A stretch of DNA of 6,385 nt from contig CAZECW010000042.1 of NCBI GenBank assembly GCA_964510585.1, positions 1-6,385 on the forward strand, written 5' to 3'. Shown one piece after another: positions 5,770 through 6,385 of this stretch. The stretch is from an uncultured archaeon (GTDB lineage: Archaea > Asgardarchaeota > Jordiarchaeia > Jordiarchaeales > Jordiarchaeaceae). Below the pieces are notes generated by a model. That model worked only from the letters and a program-made list of their open reading frames with translations, was not told the origin of the DNA and searched no databases. Within the stretch, counting starts at the first letter, position 1; each line of letters begins with the position of its first letter. Both the position numbers and the translations under genes were made by a program.

Positions 5770-6246
5770 ATGAAAGAGAAGTCAAAAATACTTGCAGCCA
5801 GCATCCTCATAGTGCTTACCCTCAGCTTGGGAACAAGCTATCTAACATTGAGACCAGGCGCATTTACGAGCAACAACTACTCCGTCTGACTAATTTATGC
5901 GGGCCTCAAATGGCAAATGAAATCCTCCGCACCGAATCTCTCCTCTAGTCTTAATTTTTCTACCGACCTGGACATAGAAACATTAACACTTGTGTACGTC
6001 ATTAATTTTGCTAAATTCGCTTTAGATTTTCTATTCTTGGTTCCTTATACACTAGCTATTCTTGTTACAGGACCGATTTGCATTTTTATTTCATCTCTCA
6101 GCGGTGTTTCTGACTATGAAAAATTTCGTAACGCAGCAAACAAATTTTGGTCTATAGCCACTAAAGGTACGAGAGAACAGAGAATACTGCTTATCGGCAG
6201 TATTGTAATTATTGTGGCTTTTTATGTGATAGCGGTATTCCTCTCT
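5770..6246 (+). pseudogene. Membrane protein gene with an in-frame TGA (5887-5889), truncated by IS insertion after 6246
   Basis: One frame from ATG 5770: MKEKSKILAASILIVLTLSLGTSYL (signal or anchor)...NNYSV*LIYAGLKWQMKSSAPNLSSSLNFST..., then hydrophobic helices (FALDFLFLVPYTLAILVTGPICIFISSL; ILLIGSIVIIVAFYVIAVFLS) that run into the IS right end. N-x-S sequons (NYS, NLS, NFS) occur on both sides of the TGA. It is missing from the ORF track because the frame has no stop before the window end. Confidence 0.65.
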
Positions 6247-6384
6247 TTGACACTCTCCGCGACTAAAGTCGGGAGATTCTTGCTTCTGGCTCATCGGGAG
6301 CCTTCGAAGCAATGGGTGTGCCATCACCCAGTTAACACGCCCTTCCCTCAAGGGAACGGCGTCTATGTTGGCACCCTCATGGGG
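6247..6384 (-). CDS. tnpB: Probable 3' tail of tnpB (RNA-guided nuclease), intact or decayed
   Basis: The minus frame PHEGANIDAVPLREGRVNWVMAHPLLRRLPMSQKQESPDFSRGECQ, and the alternative-frame ending EARISRL*, resemble C-terminal tails of archaeal TnpB that overlap the RE. No RuvC catalytic motif is visible in the window. Confidence 0.4.
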
Positions 6385-6385
6385 G
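6247..6385 (-). mobile_element. Right end of an IS608-like IS200/IS605 element (element continues beyond 6385)
   Basis: Minus strand reads GAAT-CTCC CGACT TT AGTCG C GGAG-AGTG-TCAA|. This matches the IS608 G_R=GAAT / hairpin / C_R=TCAA arrangement. The CGACT/AGTCG core and bulged base match the left-end hairpin at 96-117. Confidence 0.9.

Larger units (their letters stand above)
6227..6385 (-). ncRNA. Putative TnpB omegaRNA (reRNA): 3' scaffold plus about 20-nt flank-derived guide
   Basis: Four adjacent hairpins: 6337-6362, 6313-6330, 6280-6312 and 6255-6275 (RE). omegaRNAs are known to derive from the tnpB 3' end/RE, with the guide taken from flanking DNA (here AGAGAGGAATACCGCTATCA). The 5' boundary is outside the window and guide length is assumed. 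Confidence 0.6.

Noticed and set aside
6091-6351. 86-aa minus-strand ORF as an independent gene
   Set aside because: A chimera of IS tail sequence and the antisense strand of the membrane-protein pseudogene.
1-6385. CRISPR array, tRNA or rRNA genes
   Set aside because: No regularly spaced direct repeats, cloverleaf or rRNA-like sequence found.

Overview
Archaeal chromosomal segment, probably Asgard or another TACK-related lineage (archaeal TATA/BRE and GGTGA/GGAG RBS motifs, TrmB, and an AsnRS with eukaryote-like motifs). Core genes: asnS (+), an all-helical hypothetical (+), a trmB-family regulator and class I SAM methyltransferase pair (-), a small HCCEYF hypothetical, a 2x[4Fe-4S] ferredoxin and an LpdD/PAC4-like protein (+), and a broken membrane-protein gene. 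Both window edges are ends of an IS608-like (IS200/IS605) element on the minus strand, facing outward. At the left are a left end (TTAC target, AAAG guide at +16..19, hairpin) and the first 12 codons of tnpA(Y1). At the right is a right end (GAAT guide, hairpin, TCAA) with a densely structured omegaRNA-like tail. The most unexpected signals are (i) a strong 5'-to-3' switch from G/T-ending to C/A-ending codons within host genes on both strands, (ii) an in-frame join of the two IS-flanking ORF fragments, and (iii) an AsnRS intermediate between the archaeal and eukaryotic cytosolic types. No database searches were possible; family assignments come from recalled motifs.
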